A stretch of DNA of 64,000 nt from Candidatus Dadabacteria bacterium CSP1-2 (GCA_001443445.1 LDXN01000001.1:49290-113289), one strand, 5' to 3'; counted from the stretch's first letter, positions 41,810 to 51,109 are shown. The notes: generated by a model from the sequence alone, not told the origin. Translations and numbers: made by a program.

Positions 41810-41946
41810 TAATACTATACTTCAAGAACGTTATTATAGATGAAAGAAGATTACGGTGGGTGAGGTTTATGTCATATTTATGGTCGTTTATCCAATTTAT
41901 TTGCTGTTAATCCCGCTCGTGTAAAATCGATGCCTATTATTTTCCG

Positions 41947-42867
41947 ATGCGTATAGCCTCAATAGATATAGGTACAAATACATTTAGGATACTAGTTTGT
42001 GAGCTCAAAGATAAAGAGATAAAAAAGCTTTATATTGAGCGTGTAATCACAAGGCTCGGGGGTGGATTCGCTAAAGAGGGGAAAATAACCGAAGATGCAG
42101 CCAGAAGATCGCTCAGGGCCCTAAAAAAATTTGCTAAGATTATCGAACGATACAAGGTAAAGAGGGTGAGGGCTGTAGCTACAAGTGTGGTTAGAGAGTC
42201 TCAAAATGGTAGTAAGTTCTTAGAACAAGTTAAAAAAGAAACCGGAATTAAGACAGAGATAATCTCAGGTGAGGAAGAGGCACAGCTTACTGTAAATGGT
42301 GTTTTAAGATCTGTTTCTGTTGATACAAAATACAGTGTGATTTTTGATGTTGGTGGAGGAAGCACTGAGTATGTATTTGTAAAAAAGGGTCAGGTTTTAG
42401 GTCTTACAAGTACGAATCTCGGAGTTGTACATCTTTCAGAAAGATATTTGAAGACAGGTGTCCCCTCTAGCTCAGATATTAAAAATCTTTCTAAAGAAAT
42501 AGAAACGGTCTTATCTTTCGAATTATCCTGGATACCAAGTGTTTCCCCTTCCAATCTAACTTTGATTGGAACTGCAGGAACACCAACAACACTCGCTGCG
42601 ATTCAACTTGGTTTAAAAAAATATGATCCGGGTTTGGTTAATGGATTTATTCTGAAACAGGATATGCTCACCAATATCTTCAAGTCATTAATTAGGATTC
42701 CTCCGCGAGATAGGCTTAAGATACCGGGACTGGAAAAGGGTAGGGAGGACGTGATTATACCAGGTGTGTTGATCGTACTTCAAACCATGGATAGATTTTC
42801 TAAAGATACTGTCTTGGTCAGCGATGGCGGCCTTCTTGAAGGAGTGGCTTATAGTTTAATTCCATAG
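41947..42867 (+). CDS. ppx: exopolyphosphatase / guanosine pentaphosphate phosphohydrolase family (Ppx/GppA)
   Basis: 306 aa: 'IASIDIGTNTFRILV', 'VRAVATSVVRES', 'FDVGGGSTE' ASKHA-fold motifs. Confidence 0.8.
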   Translation: MRIASIDIGTNTFRILVCELKDKEIKKLYIERVITRLGGGFAKEGKITEDAARRSLRALKKFAKIIERYKVKRVRAVATSVVRESQNGSKFLEQVKKETGIKTEIISGEEEAQLTVNGVLRSVSVDTKYSVIFDVGGGSTEYVFVKKGQVLGLTSTNLGVVHLSERYLKTGVPSSSDIKNLSKEIETVLSFELSWIPSVSPSNLTLIGTAGTPTTLAAIQLGLKKYDPGLVNGFILKQDMLTNIFKSLIRIPPRDRLKIPGLEKGREDVIIPGVLIVLQTMDRFSKDTVLVSDGGLLEGVAYSLIP

Positions 42868-42977
42868 ACTATTTGCCACAGAGGTCACAGAGAGTTTTTT
42901 AATACAAAAACATATCTTTTCTCTGCTTTCTCAGTGTTCTCTGTGGCAAAAGTAGTGGCTGGACTCGAAGCTATGCG

Positions 42978-43006
42978 TTGACAATTTATGCCATGATTAT
43001 TATATT
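42978..43006 (+). promoter_or_regulatory. sigma-70 type promoter for hrcA-grpE (TTGACA-17-TATATT)
   Basis: TTGACA at 42978-42983, a 17-nt spacer, then TATATT at 43001-43006. It ends 18 nt before the hrcA ATG. Confidence 0.5.
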
Positions 43007-43024
43007 TTTCTAAGACTAGTTGAC

Positions 43025-44056
43025 ATGAATAGAGAAGAGCTATCGGAAAGAGGAAAAAGAATACTTAATTTAATAGTTAATCATCATATAAAAACTGGTG
43101 AGCCTATAGGGTCGAACGCACTTGTTAAAAGTTATGAGCTTCCATGGAGTTCAGCTACTGTAAGAACAACCATGGCTGATCTTATGAATGAAGGTTATTT
43201 GTCTCAGCCACATGTGTCTGCAGGCAGAATCCCTAGCGAGAAGGGGTTCAGGTTTTATATTGATTCATTGTTATATCCCCAGATGCTTTCTGAGAAAAAA
43301 AGGGGGGTTATAAGAAGACGCTATGAGAGAATAGAAGGCACACTTGATGAAGTTATGCATGAAACTAGTAAAATGCTTTCGGATATTTCTCGGTGTGCTG
43401 GTTTGGTAATGCTGCCAAGAGCTAGGTTAATGAATATAAAATCCACTGAATTAATAAAACTGGGAGGTAAAAAGGTTCTTTTCATTATCGTATTTGAGGG
43501 TGGATTGACTGAGAAGACACTAATAAGGATGAATAGGGAAGCCCCTGATGACATGCTAAAGATGTTGTCCCGTTATCTTAATGAGCTTGCTATAGGACTT
43601 ACGCTGGATCAGCTAAGGGTAATAGTGCTCGATAGGCTAAAATCTGAAAAGCGGCTTTATCATGAATTGGTTCTGAATTTTCTTAGGTTTAGTAGGGAAA
43701 TATATGAACAAAAGATTCAAACCGATATTTATATAAAAGGACAGACTTCTATCCTTGAGAATTCGAAATGGACTCCGCCTGAGCGTCTCAGAAAACTCCT
43801 TAAGGCTTTTGAGGAAAAAAGTGTTCTTGTAGATATACTAGACAAAGCTATGAAAGGAGAAGGAACCAGGGTGTTTGTAGGTTCTGAAATCGGGATTATG
43901 GAGGGATACAGCCTGGTTACCGCTCCATACGGTGGGGGGAGGAAGCTTGGAACGCTTGGTGTATTGGGTCCAATTCGTATGGATTATTCTAAGATAATTC
44001 CACTTGTTGATTATACTGCTAGGGTTCTTAGTGAAATAATCGCCGGGGGAGAGTAA
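43025..44056 (+). CDS. hrcA: heat-inducible transcription repressor HrcA
   Basis: 343 aa: N-terminal wHTH 'LSERGKRILNLIVNHHIKTGEPIGSNAL', conserved C-terminus. Upstream of grpE. Confidence 0.85.
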   Translation: MNREELSERGKRILNLIVNHHIKTGEPIGSNALVKSYELPWSSATVRTTMADLMNEGYLSQPHVSAGRIPSEKGFRFYIDSLLYPQMLSEKKRGVIRRRYERIEGTLDEVMHETSKMLSDISRCAGLVMLPRARLMNIKSTELIKLGGKKVLFIIVFEGGLTEKTLIRMNREAPDDMLKMLSRYLNELAIGLTLDQLRVIVLDRLKSEKRLYHELVLNFLRFSREIYEQKIQTDIYIKGQTSILENSKWTPPERLRKLLKAFEEKSVLVDILDKAMKGEGTRVFVGSEIGIMEGYSLVTAPYGGGRKLGTLGVLGPIRMDYSKIIPLVDYTARVLSEIIAGGE

Positions 44057-44057
44057 A

Positions 44058-44759
44058 ATGGATAATGACAAAAAGAAGGATGAGACCAAAGAAAATCTTG
44101 ATGTTAAAGACAGGTCTAATAATGCCAGGAATGAAGAAGAGGATACATTAGAGGAGGAAGCACTGCCTTCAGGGATAAAAGCATTTCAAGATGAGCTTGA
44201 AACGAAGAAGAAGGAGTATGATGAACTTTATGATAAATACCTGAGGGCAGCGGCAGACTTTGATAATTATAAAAAGAGGGTAGCTAAAGAGAAGGCTGAC
44301 ATTATGAGCTATGGAAACGAGGATCTAATAAAAGAGCTTCTTCATGTGCTTGATAATTTAGAACGCGCAATAGAACACTCAGAAACTGCAAAAGAAGCTA
44401 GACCAATTATAGAAGGTATAAATCTTGTACACAAGCAGTTTCTTGGCTGTCTTGAGAAGTTTGGCGTAAAGCCTATAAATGCTTCTAAAGGCGATAAATT
44501 CGATCCGAATATCCATCAGGCTATAGAGTATGAGCAATCTAGCGACATGAAGCCAGATTTGATTATATCCGAGATGCTAAAGGGTTATACCCTAAGTGAT
44601 AGGCTTTTAAGACCTTCTCTTGTGGTAGTATCGAAGGAAATTGAATTGCCTTCGCCCAATCAAAAGACCTCAGTTGAAACAGGAAATGGCTATGAGATGG
44701 GCAATTCAGGTTCAGAAGAGATCTTAGACCTGATTGATGAAAACACTGATAAAAATTAA
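44058..44759 (+). CDS. grpE: nucleotide exchange factor GrpE
   Basis: 233 aa with a coiled-coil N-terminus and 'YLRAAADFDNYKKR'. Confidence 0.9.
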   Translation: MDNDKKKDETKENLDVKDRSNNARNEEEDTLEEEALPSGIKAFQDELETKKKEYDELYDKYLRAAADFDNYKKRVAKEKADIMSYGNEDLIKELLHVLDNLERAIEHSETAKEARPIIEGINLVHKQFLGCLEKFGVKPINASKGDKFDPNIHQAIEYEQSSDMKPDLIISEMLKGYTLSDRLLRPSLVVVSKEIELPSPNQKTSVETGNGYEMGNSGSEEILDLIDENTDKN

Positions 44760-44898
44760 TCATGAAGATAGTGCATGGACCGCATATAGATTGGCGTGCA
44801 AAGAACTAGATGAAGCCTATTAGAAGATCGTTCAGTTATCGAAAATTCGAGGTGGTAAAGAAGTCTTAAGACATGGCAATCAGTTTTAGGAGAAGTTA

Positions 44899-45993
44899 TT
44901 GATGGCTAAAAGAGATTATTACGATATCTTGGGGGTTAAACGGAACTCATCTCAGGAAGAGATAAAAAAGGCTTATAAGAAGCTTGCTTTTGAATACCAT
45001 CCTGATAGAAATCCAGGAAATCCTACGGCGGAAGAGAGGTTCAAGGATATTAACGAGGCATATCAGGTTCTAAGCAACCCTGATAAAAGAGCCCAATACG
45101 ATAGCTTTGGTCATATCTCGGGTGAAGGGTTCTTTTCAGATGTTGATTTCTCAAGGAATTTTAACGACCTTTTTGGAAACCTTTTTGATGAGGTTTTTAA
45201 TGTTGGTAGAAGGCGTCGTCCTGAAAGAGGCATGGATTTAAAATACAATCTTGAGCTTACATTCGAAGAAGCCGCTTTTGGTGTAGAGAAGGAAATAATT
45301 GTCCCGAAAAGGGTGATTTGCTCGGGATGTGGTGGAGGTGGAGCTGCACCTGGGGGGGAAGTAGTATGTGTGATGTGTGCTGGTAGAGGCGAGGTCAGGT
45401 ACTCAGAAGGGTTTTTTGCAATAAGTAGAACATGTTCAAGCTGCGGTGGTGCGGGAAGAGTAATTAAGATTTCTTGCCATCGTTGTAGAGGAGAAAGGCT
45501 TATTACATCTGAGCAAACAATTAAAGTAAAGGTTCCTCCTGGTGTCAGTGAAGGGGCAAGACTAAGAATTCGTGGAGAAGGTGAGGCGGGGTATCTAGGG
45601 GGTCCGAGTGGTGACCTCTATGTCGAAATATATGTAAAAGAACACCCATTTTTCAAGCGTGAGGGAAAGGATATCTTTTGTGAAGTTCCAGTAGGTTTTG
45701 TTCAAGCTGCTCTCGGCGCAGAGATAGAAATTCCAACACTAGAGGGGAAAACTACAATTAGAATCCCACCAGGGACACAGCCTGGACAATCCTTCAGACT
45801 TAAGGGTAAGGGTGTAGCCAGCCTTAATGGAAAAGGAAAGGGTGACCTTTATATAAGGGTACAAGTAGAGGTTCCAGTTAAACTGAATTTAAAACAGAAG
45901 CAGCTACTTGAGGAGTTTGCAAGATCGGGTGAAGGTGATGAGAATCCCACAGTCAAAAAGTTTTTTGAAAAATTCCGTGAGTTATTTGGATGA
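44899..45993 (+). CDS. dnaJ: molecular chaperone DnaJ
   Basis: J-domain 'DYYDILGV...HPDRN', a G/F region and four CxxCxGxG zinc-finger repeats. Confidence 0.9.
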   Translation: MMAKRDYYDILGVKRNSSQEEIKKAYKKLAFEYHPDRNPGNPTAEERFKDINEAYQVLSNPDKRAQYDSFGHISGEGFFSDVDFSRNFNDLFGNLFDEVFNVGRRRRPERGMDLKYNLELTFEEAAFGVEKEIIVPKRVICSGCGGGGAAPGGEVVCVMCAGRGEVRYSEGFFAISRTCSSCGGAGRVIKISCHRCRGERLITSEQTIKVKVPPGVSEGARLRIRGEGEAGYLGGPSGDLYVEIYVKEHPFFKREGKDIFCEVPVGFVQAALGAEIEIPTLEGKTTIRIPPGTQPGQSFRLKGKGVASLNGKGKGDLYIRVQVEVPVKLNLKQKQLLEEFARSGEGDENPTVKKFFEKFRELFG

Positions 45994-46938
45994 TAGTAGG
46001 GACACGTTGCAACGTGCCCCTACCTCAGGTTTCTTACACATTCTCATAAAATCAAATACATCTTTTGTATTCTTAGGGATTCCACCCTGTGCTCCTAGAT
46101 AAGTGCAATTAATTGCAGCGGTAGCTGAAGCGAAATCTAAGGCCTTTTTTATCTCCCAATTTTTGAGCCATCCATAAAGAAGCGCTCCGTGGAATACGTC
46201 TCCGGCTCCTGTTGTATCTACGGCGTCAACTTTGTATGCCGGGGTTTTAATAAGTTCATCGTTATAAATTGTAAGTGAGCCTTTAGACCCTAGTGTTACT
46301 GTTGTAACCTTTGCCTTAAACTCTTTAAGCTTTTTTATTCCTTTAGTAGGATTATTTTCTCCTGTGTACTCTCTCATAAAGTCTTGGGAAGCTATAAACA
46401 AGTCAACTTTACCTTTTAGTTCGTTAATCCCATCAATATAGTTACCTGCATCCATTGAGACCGTAATCCCTAATTTCTTTGCGATGTTGGCAGCCTCGAC
46501 GTTAGCTTCCATAAACAGTTCGTCAAAGTGAATTGCCCTAGTTTGAGCTATCAGTTCCTTTTTTAGATCTTTTGGTTTAAGTGGAGTAATAGTCCCTTTC
46601 GACCAGAAGACCGTTCGCCTACCACTTTTTTTTTCAATTGGAATAATAGAAAGTTGGGTTTTTTTGGATTTTTCTTTGATTAAACCTGAGGTATCTATGC
46701 CTTCGTTTTTAAGGTCTTGGATCAAGATTCTTCCAAGATCGTCATCTCCTACTTTCCCTATAATAGCGACTTTTAATCCTAAACGTGCAAGAACCAAAAG
46801 CGCAGTCGCTGTAGGTCCTCCGCCTCTAATAGTAACATCCTCAAATTCTACCTTTCCTTCAACGTCGGGGAAATAACGAACTTTCCCGAGGTAGTCAACA
46901 CAGACCTGACCAATTCCAACTACGTCAAGCCGGCTCAT
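45982..46938 (-). CDS. PfkB-family carbohydrate/nucleoside kinase (ribokinase-like)
   Basis: 318 aa with the '[12 protein letters not shown]' anion-hole/ATP motif and a GG dipeptide near the N-terminus. Substrate unknown. Its 3' end overlaps dnaJ by 12 nt (convergent). Confidence 0.8.
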   Translation of the reverse strand: MSRLDVVGIGQVCVDYLGKVRYFPDVEGKVEFEDVTIRGGGPTATALLVLARLGLKVAIIGKVGDDDLGRILIQDLKNEGIDTSGLIKEKSKKTQLSIIPIEKKSGRRTVFWSKGTITPLKPKDLKKELIAQTRAIHFDELFMEANVEAANIAKKLGITVSMDAGNYIDGINELKGKVDLFIASQDFMREYTGENNPTKGIKKLKEFKAKVTTVTLGSKGSLTIYNDELIKTPAYKVDAVDTTGAGDVFHGALLYGWLKNWEIKKALDFASATAAINCTYLGAQGGIPKNTKDVFDFMRMCKKPEVGARCNVSLLSSK

Positions 46939-46939
46939 A

Positions 46940-47035
46940 TGTTTTTATTTCGGTACGAATACACACGAATTTTCACGAATGAAGATTTTTTTTAGCAAAA
47001 ATAAATAATTCGTGCTCATCTGTGTCCATTCGTGG
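46940..47035. repeat. REP-like 'CACGAA/TTCGTG' element (family F) between the MoaD-like gene and the kinase gene
   Basis: 'ACGAATACACACGAATTTTCACGAATG...AATTCGTGCTCATCTGTGTCCATTCGTGG' are inverted complements. Confidence 0.55.
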
Positions 47036-47320
47036 CTAAAATTGCTTTTTGCCGCCAGCAATTGCTGGAATTATTGATACAATGTCACTTTCCTTTAGCT
47101 CCGTTTCAACCCCCTTTAGAAATCTTATGTCTTCATTATTAACGTATAGATTTATGAATCTTCTTACATTTCCACTTTCATCACAGAGCCGTTCTTTCAC
47201 CCCAGGGAACTGTTTTTCAAGCCCTTCTATGAGTTCTCGGATATTCTTAGCGTTTATTGTTACCTCATCTTTATCTCCCGTAAGTCTTCTAAGTGGGGTG
47301 GGTATTCTTACAGACGGCAT
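47036..47320 (-). CDS. MoaD/ThiS-family sulfur-carrier-like protein with C-terminal GG followed by KKQF extension
   Basis: 94 aa with a beta-grasp-like sequence ending '...IVSIIPAIAGGKKQF'. It is translationally coupled to the upstream ThrC-like gene (2-nt gap). Confidence 0.65.
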   Translation of the reverse strand: MPSVRIPTPLRRLTGDKDEVTINAKNIRELIEGLEKQFPGVKERLCDESGNVRRFINLYVNNEDIRFLKGVETELKESDIVSIIPAIAGGKKQF

Positions 47321-47321
47321 T

Positions 47322-48575
47322 TCAATTACCTCCTTTTTTTCGGCTGTTTAATCTACTATATAAGTCTTCAAACTCCTCTAGCCTTGCTCCAATGATATGG
47401 GGTTTTGATACCTTATCATAAAGAGGCTCCAGGGTTTTAAGCCCGTTTCCAGTAATTGACACAACGATTGATTCATCTCTCGGTATAATATCGTTTTCGA
47501 TAAGTTTTTTAGTCACTGCCATTGTTACACCACCTGCTGTTTCCGTAAATATCCCCTCGGTCTCTGCAAGAAGCTTCATTCCCTCAACAACCTCTTCATC
47601 TGTAACGTCTTCACCACACCCGCCACTTTCTTTCATTACCTTCATTGCGTAGTATCCATCGGCTGGGTTGCCAATAGCAAGGGATTTTGCAATTGTATTT
47701 GGTTTTACAGGTTTAAAAATCTCCCAACCGTTTTTTAATGCAGTAGTGATAGGAGAACATCCTGTTGCTTGCGCCCCATATATCTTTGTTTCTGTTCTAT
47801 CTACCAAACCTAGTTTATCAAATTCCTGTATAGCCTTCCATATTTTTGTGATCAGAGAGCCGCTTGCCATCGGTACTACAATGTGTTTTGGTAAGCGCCA
47901 TCCAAGTTGCTCCATTATTTCAAAACCAAATGTCTTGGATCCCTCAGCATAATATGGGCGTATATTAATATTAACAAATGCCCAGCCGAATTTTCCTGCA
48001 ACCTCGCTACATAGACGATTTACATCGTCATAACTACCATTAATCCCTATAAGCTTTGCTCCATAAACAGTAGTTCCAATAATCTTTGATTGTTCTAAGT
48101 CATACGGAATGAATAAATAGCTTTCAAGCCTTCCTAATGAAGAAAGCGCTGCAACGGCATTTGCCAAGTTTCCGGTGGAAGCACATGCAACGGTCTTATA
48201 CCCAAATTCCTTCGCCTTTGAAAGTGCCACTGATACTACCCTATCTTTGAATGAGAGGGTAGGGTAGCATACGGCATCGTTTTTTACATAAATCTCTCTA
48301 ACACCTAATATCCTTGCCAGGTTATCAGCTTTTAGAAGTGGCGTAAACCCTACGCATTTTCCAATGCTATTTGGCTTATCAAGGGGTAAAAGCTCTGCAT
48401 AACGCCAGATATCGGAGGACCTGTTTTTTATTACATCCCGAGAAAAAACTCTTTTTATTTCATCATATTCGTATGTTACCTCAAGTGGGCCAAAGCAAAA
48501 CTCACAGACATGAATAGGTGCCTTTGGATATTCCTTCCCGCACTCTCTGCATCTTAGTCCTTTTACATAACTCAT
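47322..48575 (-). CDS. thrC: threonine synthase-like PLP enzyme (fold type II) with N-terminal zinc ribbon
   Basis: 417 aa: 'CRECGKEYPK...CEFCFGPLEV' Zn-ribbon, PLP-lysine motif 'PTLSFKDR', Gly-rich loop 'ASTGNLANA'. Could be a genuine ThrC or a ThrC-like sulfur-transfer enzyme. Confidence 0.8.
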   Translation of the reverse strand: MSYVKGLRCRECGKEYPKAPIHVCEFCFGPLEVTYEYDEIKRVFSRDVIKNRSSDIWRYAELLPLDKPNSIGKCVGFTPLLKADNLARILGVREIYVKNDAVCYPTLSFKDRVVSVALSKAKEFGYKTVACASTGNLANAVAALSSLGRLESYLFIPYDLEQSKIIGTTVYGAKLIGINGSYDDVNRLCSEVAGKFGWAFVNINIRPYYAEGSKTFGFEIMEQLGWRLPKHIVVPMASGSLITKIWKAIQEFDKLGLVDRTETKIYGAQATGCSPITTALKNGWEIFKPVKPNTIAKSLAIGNPADGYYAMKVMKESGGCGEDVTDEEVVEGMKLLAETEGIFTETAGGVTMAVTKKLIENDIIPRDESIVVSITGNGLKTLEPLYDKVSKPHIIGARLEEFEDLYSRLNSRKKGGN

Positions 48576-48931
48576 TTCTTTCCTCTTAAAATTAATCTGA
48601 AAAGAATTACCCTTACTTTATGGTGTTGTCAAGAAATAACGGCTATTTTGTAGTTGCAAAGGTGGCTATTCCATCAATTTGAACAAATGCATATGGAGGA
48701 GTCTGGTCATCAGCGGTTAAACATACCCCTGGATCACGCTTCATATTTTTCATTCAAACTGAGTCCGCACCAGCTGTAAATACCAAATCATCTCCGTCTT
48801 TAGGGACTATTTGAAATCCACTTAAATCTTGATTCAGTTTCGTGGTAATATTTACAAAAGAATGAGGTTTTGAATTTCCTGGTTTATTGAATAATGTTTT
48901 AGTCCGATATTTAGAAAATGAGGGTGTAGTC

Positions 48932-49213
48932 ATGAAGGCTCTTTGGAAAAAAGTTGTTTTAGCTGAGAGTAAAGACACGATAGTGGTTGAGGGCAACCAT
49001 TATTTTCCACTGGAGAGTATCAAAAAAGAATATTTCCGTAAAAGTGATACTCATACTACCTGTTCATGGAAAGGGGTAGCTAGTTATTTTGACATTGTGG
49101 TCGCTAATGAGGTTAACAGAGATGCTGCATGGTATTACCCTGAACCAATGGAAGCAGCTAAGCAAATAAAGAATTACATTGGATTTTGGAAGGGTGTAGA
49201 GGTAGTTAAATAA
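48932..49213 (+). CDS. DUF427 domain protein (copy 1)
   Basis: 'MKALWKKVVLAESKDTIVVEGNHYFPLESIKKEYFRKSDTHTTCSWKGVASYFDIVVANEVNRDAAWYYPEP' shares the 'C.WKGVASY...AAW.YP.P' signature with the gene at 54548-55063. Start moved from 48887 to the RBS-preceded ATG at 48932. Confidence 0.7.
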   Translation: MKALWKKVVLAESKDTIVVEGNHYFPLESIKKEYFRKSDTHTTCSWKGVASYFDIVVANEVNRDAAWYYPEPMEAAKQIKNYIGFWKGVEVVK

Positions 49214-49293
49214 AGTTAGTTGCTCTTCAATAAATTCCAGTCTCTAGCATCATGGTTAAAAGGAACCCCACAAAGAACATAATTGAAATGAAT

Positions 49294-49899
49294 TTACACG
49301 ATATGCTTTTTGTACCAATCAATAGCGTTTTCTAGGCGATCGTTACCCCAAAATAACTCAGTGCCTACTACAAAGGTCGGAGCTCCGAAGATTCCGAGGC
49401 TTACAGCTTCTTCTGTTTGTTTGCGAAGATACTCCTTGTTTTCTGATGACTCAGCTCGTGCGATAACTTGAGATCCCTCCTGGCCAATAGAAGTTAAGAT
49501 TTCAGTGATTATTTTAGGATCTGCAATCTCACGATTCTCAGCAAAGTTGGCTCGAAACACCGCCTTAGTGAACTCTGGGCACCATCCCTCAGATGCTGCC
49601 ATGCATGCGACTCGTGCTGCCAGTAGCCCATTTCTTGGGAAATGAGACGGCTTCTTGAAGGGAATTCCATAATTGTCACATAGACGTTCTATATCGCGCC
49701 ACATATAGCGGCCCTTTAAAGGGTAGATATTAAAAGGCGAGGTATTCCATCCCTGGCTGCGGAATATCGGGCCTAGAAGAAACGGCTTCCACTCAACCGG
49801 TACCCCTGCATCTCTAGCCAAGTGTTCTATCCGCATTACGGAAAGATACGAGTAGGTGCTTGCAAACTCAAACCAGAACTGGATACCTTTCACAGCCAT
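49294..49899 (-). CDS. 2-hydroxychromene-2-carboxylate isomerase family protein (DsbA-like thioredoxin fold, kappa-GST-like)
   Basis: 201 aa: 'IQFWFEFASTYSY' N-terminus and 'FGAPTFVVGTELFWGNDRLE' C-terminus are typical of the HCCA-isomerase/DsbA-like family. Confidence 0.7.
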   Translation of the reverse strand: MAVKGIQFWFEFASTYSYLSVMRIEHLARDAGVPVEWKPFLLGPIFRSQGWNTSPFNIYPLKGRYMWRDIERLCDNYGIPFKKPSHFPRNGLLAARVACMAASEGWCPEFTKAVFRANFAENREIADPKIITEILTSIGQEGSQVIARAESSENKEYLRKQTEEAVSLGIFGAPTFVVGTELFWGNDRLENAIDWYKKHIV

Positions 49900-49959
49900 G
49901 CTTTTCTCTTATGTACAAAACTAAACGACTCAGTTATATATTGGATTTCTGCCTATCTT

Positions 49960-50655
49960 CTAATGCTTTCTAAGATAGCAATAAATAAACTTTTGCTTTG
50001 TTCCAGAAGGTGTCAAGTGCGCTTCGCTTGCACTTTCAATCAATTCAAATTCATTACCAAACTCATCATGTAGGCTTTTAGGACTGTATCTTACGACATC
50101 TAACCCACTGCATTTGGGAGGACCATCAGGAGCGAAAGTAGAAATAATTACATGCCCCCTTGGTTTCAACGACTGCTTCACTGTTTCTACATATCTTTGA
50201 CGCTCTTCAGCGCTGGTCAAAAAATGAAAGACCGCACGGTCGTGCCAAAGATCATAATAATGGTGTGGAAGGGCAACTTTTGTGATGTCAGCTTCTATCC
50301 ATGTTACTTCTTCTGCTCGTGAACCTAGCCGTTTTCTTGCGGCATTAATGGCAGCAGTTGAAATATCCAGAACCGTTATGTGTTTGAACCCACTTTCGAG
50401 TAGATCGTCAACGAGAGTCGAAGCGCCACCGCCGACATCAATTATTTGAGCAGTCTTTTCAACTCCAGTCCGTTCAATTAATCGTAACGGCGTTTGCAGA
50501 TGTTCCTGATACCAGCTTACCTGAGTCGAAGCCTTTGTCTTATAGATATTCTCCCAGTGTGATTTGCTATCCACAATATTGTCACCTTTGGCTTTAGAGG
50601 TATAAATAGGATTTGAACTCATAACAACATCAAAATTATACGTTGACCAGCACAT
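49960..50655 (-). CDS. class I SAM-dependent methyltransferase (start possibly at 50622, 'MSSNPIY')
   Basis: Motif I '[11 protein letters not shown]' and the post-I acidic 'VLDIS' of a Rossmann-fold methyltransferase. Substrate unknown. Confidence 0.7.
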   Translation of the reverse strand: MCWSTYNFDVVMSSNPIYTSKAKGDNIVDSKSHWENIYKTKASTQVSWYQEHLQTPLRLIERTGVEKTAQIIDVGGGASTLVDDLLESGFKHITVLDISTAAINAARKRLGSRAEEVTWIEADITKVALPHHYYDLWHDRAVFHFLTSAEERQRYVETVKQSLKPRGHVIISTFAPDGPPKCSGLDVVRYSPKSLHDEFGNEFELIESASEAHLTPSGTKQKFIYCYLRKH

Positions 50656-50725
50656 GTAATCAAAATTACATTTGATTCATGAGTGAGGTTAGAAAAATTT
50701 ATTACCTTTTATTAATCTTAAAAAC

Positions 50726-51007
50726 CTATATATACCGTTCAATAAAGAAATTGGCATAATACCTTGGCCAGTCAGCTCCAGGTGCCATGAGCGCCCTTTC
50801 TTTTTCAACCATCACTAGCAAATACACTAGCTCACTCTTAGTGAACTTGGCATTGAGTAACTTTGCAAGCTTCTCAAATAAATACTCTGCATACCAAAGA
50901 GGCCACTCAGGATCTTCCCCATTTGTCTTAATGAAAGCCTTATGATGCTCAGTTCCAGTTTTACGAAAAAAGTCCTCCAACTTTTCTGCGATGTCAATGT
51001 CAGTCAT
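50726..51007 (-). CDS. hypothetical protein (93 aa)
   Basis: A non-overlapping ORF with coding-like composition in a co-directional gene array. I recognise no family. Confidence 0.4.
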   Translation of the reverse strand: MTDIDIAEKLEDFFRKTGTEHHKAFIKTNGEDPEWPLWYAEYLFEKLAKLLNAKFTKSELVYLLVMVEKERALMAPGADWPRYYANFFIERYI

Positions 51008-51109
51008 AACGTTTTCTCCTTAATTTTATTGCTTTATTTAGGATAATTACATCGTTTGATTCATTTTCAAAAACTATGCTGAGAGTAAGTTATCGACAAG
51101 CTTTTTTCT

